A DNA stretch of 63,436 bases, counting the filler, from Octopus bimaculoides (Eukaryota), in assembly GCF_001194135.2 (NCBI RefSeq). It is 7 parts of 6 records of this genome, joined end to end, with 100 filler letters (N's around TTAATTAATTAA, not from the genome) between each part and the next. Parts side by side here need not be neighbours in the genome. Positions count along the whole stretch, not along the records: positions 58,333 to 63,436 come from NC_068982.1; 6 more parts are not named here. One strand, written 5' to 3'. Made by a program: the position numbers and the translations under genes. Below, piece by piece: positions 62,600 through 63,436 of the stretch (positions are counted from its first letter, which is position 1; each line of letters starts with the position of its first letter). Below the pieces are notes generated by a model. It did no database searches and was not told the DNA's origin. It saw only the letters and a program-made list of their open reading frames with translations.

Positions 62600-63412
62600 A
62601 TCATCATCATCATTTAACATCCATTGTCTATGCTGGCATGGGTTAGATGGTTTGACAAGGGCTGGTAAGCTGAGGGTGTTGCACCAGATTTCAGTCTGTA
62701 TTGGTATGGTTACTATGGCTGGATGCACTTCCTATCACCAGTATCTGCCATGATTATGATTTTACTTAGCTTGATGGATCTTCCTTCTCAAGCACAGCAT
62801 ATTGCTAAAGGTCTCAGTCATTTGTCATTGCCTCCGTGAGGCCCAGTGCTTGAAAGGTGCTTTTTATGTGCCACCAGCATGGCTGCCTGTTATGTGACAC
62901 CGACAATGGTCACAACAATAAATTTCACTTGGCTTGATGTGTCTTTGAATGCATGGCATATTGTCAAATGTCTCAGTTGCTAGTCATTGTCTCCATGAGT
63001 CCCAGCATTCGAGGATCATGCTTCACCACTTCATCCCATGTCTTCCTGTGTCTCCCTCTTCCACAGCATCCTTCCACTGATAGAGATCAGCACTTCTTCA
63101 CACACTTGTCCACATCCATATGCATCACATGACCATACCAATGCAGTCATCTCTCTTGCACACCACAACTTATGCCTCTTAGGTCCAAATTTTCTTTCAA
63201 GACATTTACACTCTGCCGTGCATGACAGAGATTGCACATCCAGTGAAGTATACTAGCTTCATTTCTTTCAATCCTACGCATGCCCTCAGCAGTCACAGCC
63301 CATGTTTCACTGTCGTGTAGCATGGCTGTTCACACACACAGGCATCATATAATTTGCCTTTCACTCTGAGGGAGAGGCCCTTTGTTACCAACAGAAGTAG
63401 GAGCTAGGAGGT
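62600..63412 (-). mobile_element. RTE-clade LINE 3' end (ORF C-terminus, 3' UTR, (ATG)n tail), disrupted
   Basis: LLVTKGLSLRVKGKLYDACV/TAMLHDSETWAVTAEGMRRIERNEASILHWMC..ER*LHWYGHVMHM..GRGRHRKTWDEVVKHD. Confidence 0.92.
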
Positions 63413-63436
63413 AGGTATATATATATATATATATAT

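Overview
This is AT-rich, repeat-saturated eukaryotic DNA from a draft assembly. The tRNA-headed SINE families, RTE/R4/Penelope relics, mariners and the dense (TA)n/(CA)n/(GA)n microsatellites look like an octopod cephalopod (inferred from recognising the repeat families, not from a search). The window is not one locus: six identical 100-bp spacers (44 N + TTAATTAATTAA + 44 N) join seven sequence pieces (1-7775, 7876-17328, 17429-24258, 24359-45238, 45339-53816, 53917-58232, 58333-63436), and there are many estimated-size N gaps. Almost all ORFs in the supplied track are artefacts of microsatellites or N runs. The one strong protein-coding feature is a >2.2-kb minus-strand exon (58333-60607) encoding an E/I/K/V/T/S-rich, titin-like low-complexity region with a ~434-codon tandem duplication. 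There is also a credible orphan terminal exon (23989-24165) and a few weaker exon candidates. The rest is transposon debris: three mariner relics plus a mariner MITE, hAT MITEs, a Helitron 3' end, R4/Dong-type, RTE and Penelope fragments, and many SINEs. I found no prokaryotic-type system, CRISPR array, rRNA or true tRNA gene, and I cannot claim a new biological system. The best leads are the giant repeat exon, a Penelope-type minimal hammerhead ribozyme (37575-37627), several long palindromic/foldback elements (one with a Kolobok-type TTAA-GG..CC-TTAA signature, one with 230-290-bp inverted arms), a Dong-type LINE inside (TAA)n, and a dimeric SINE with inverted copy pairs.
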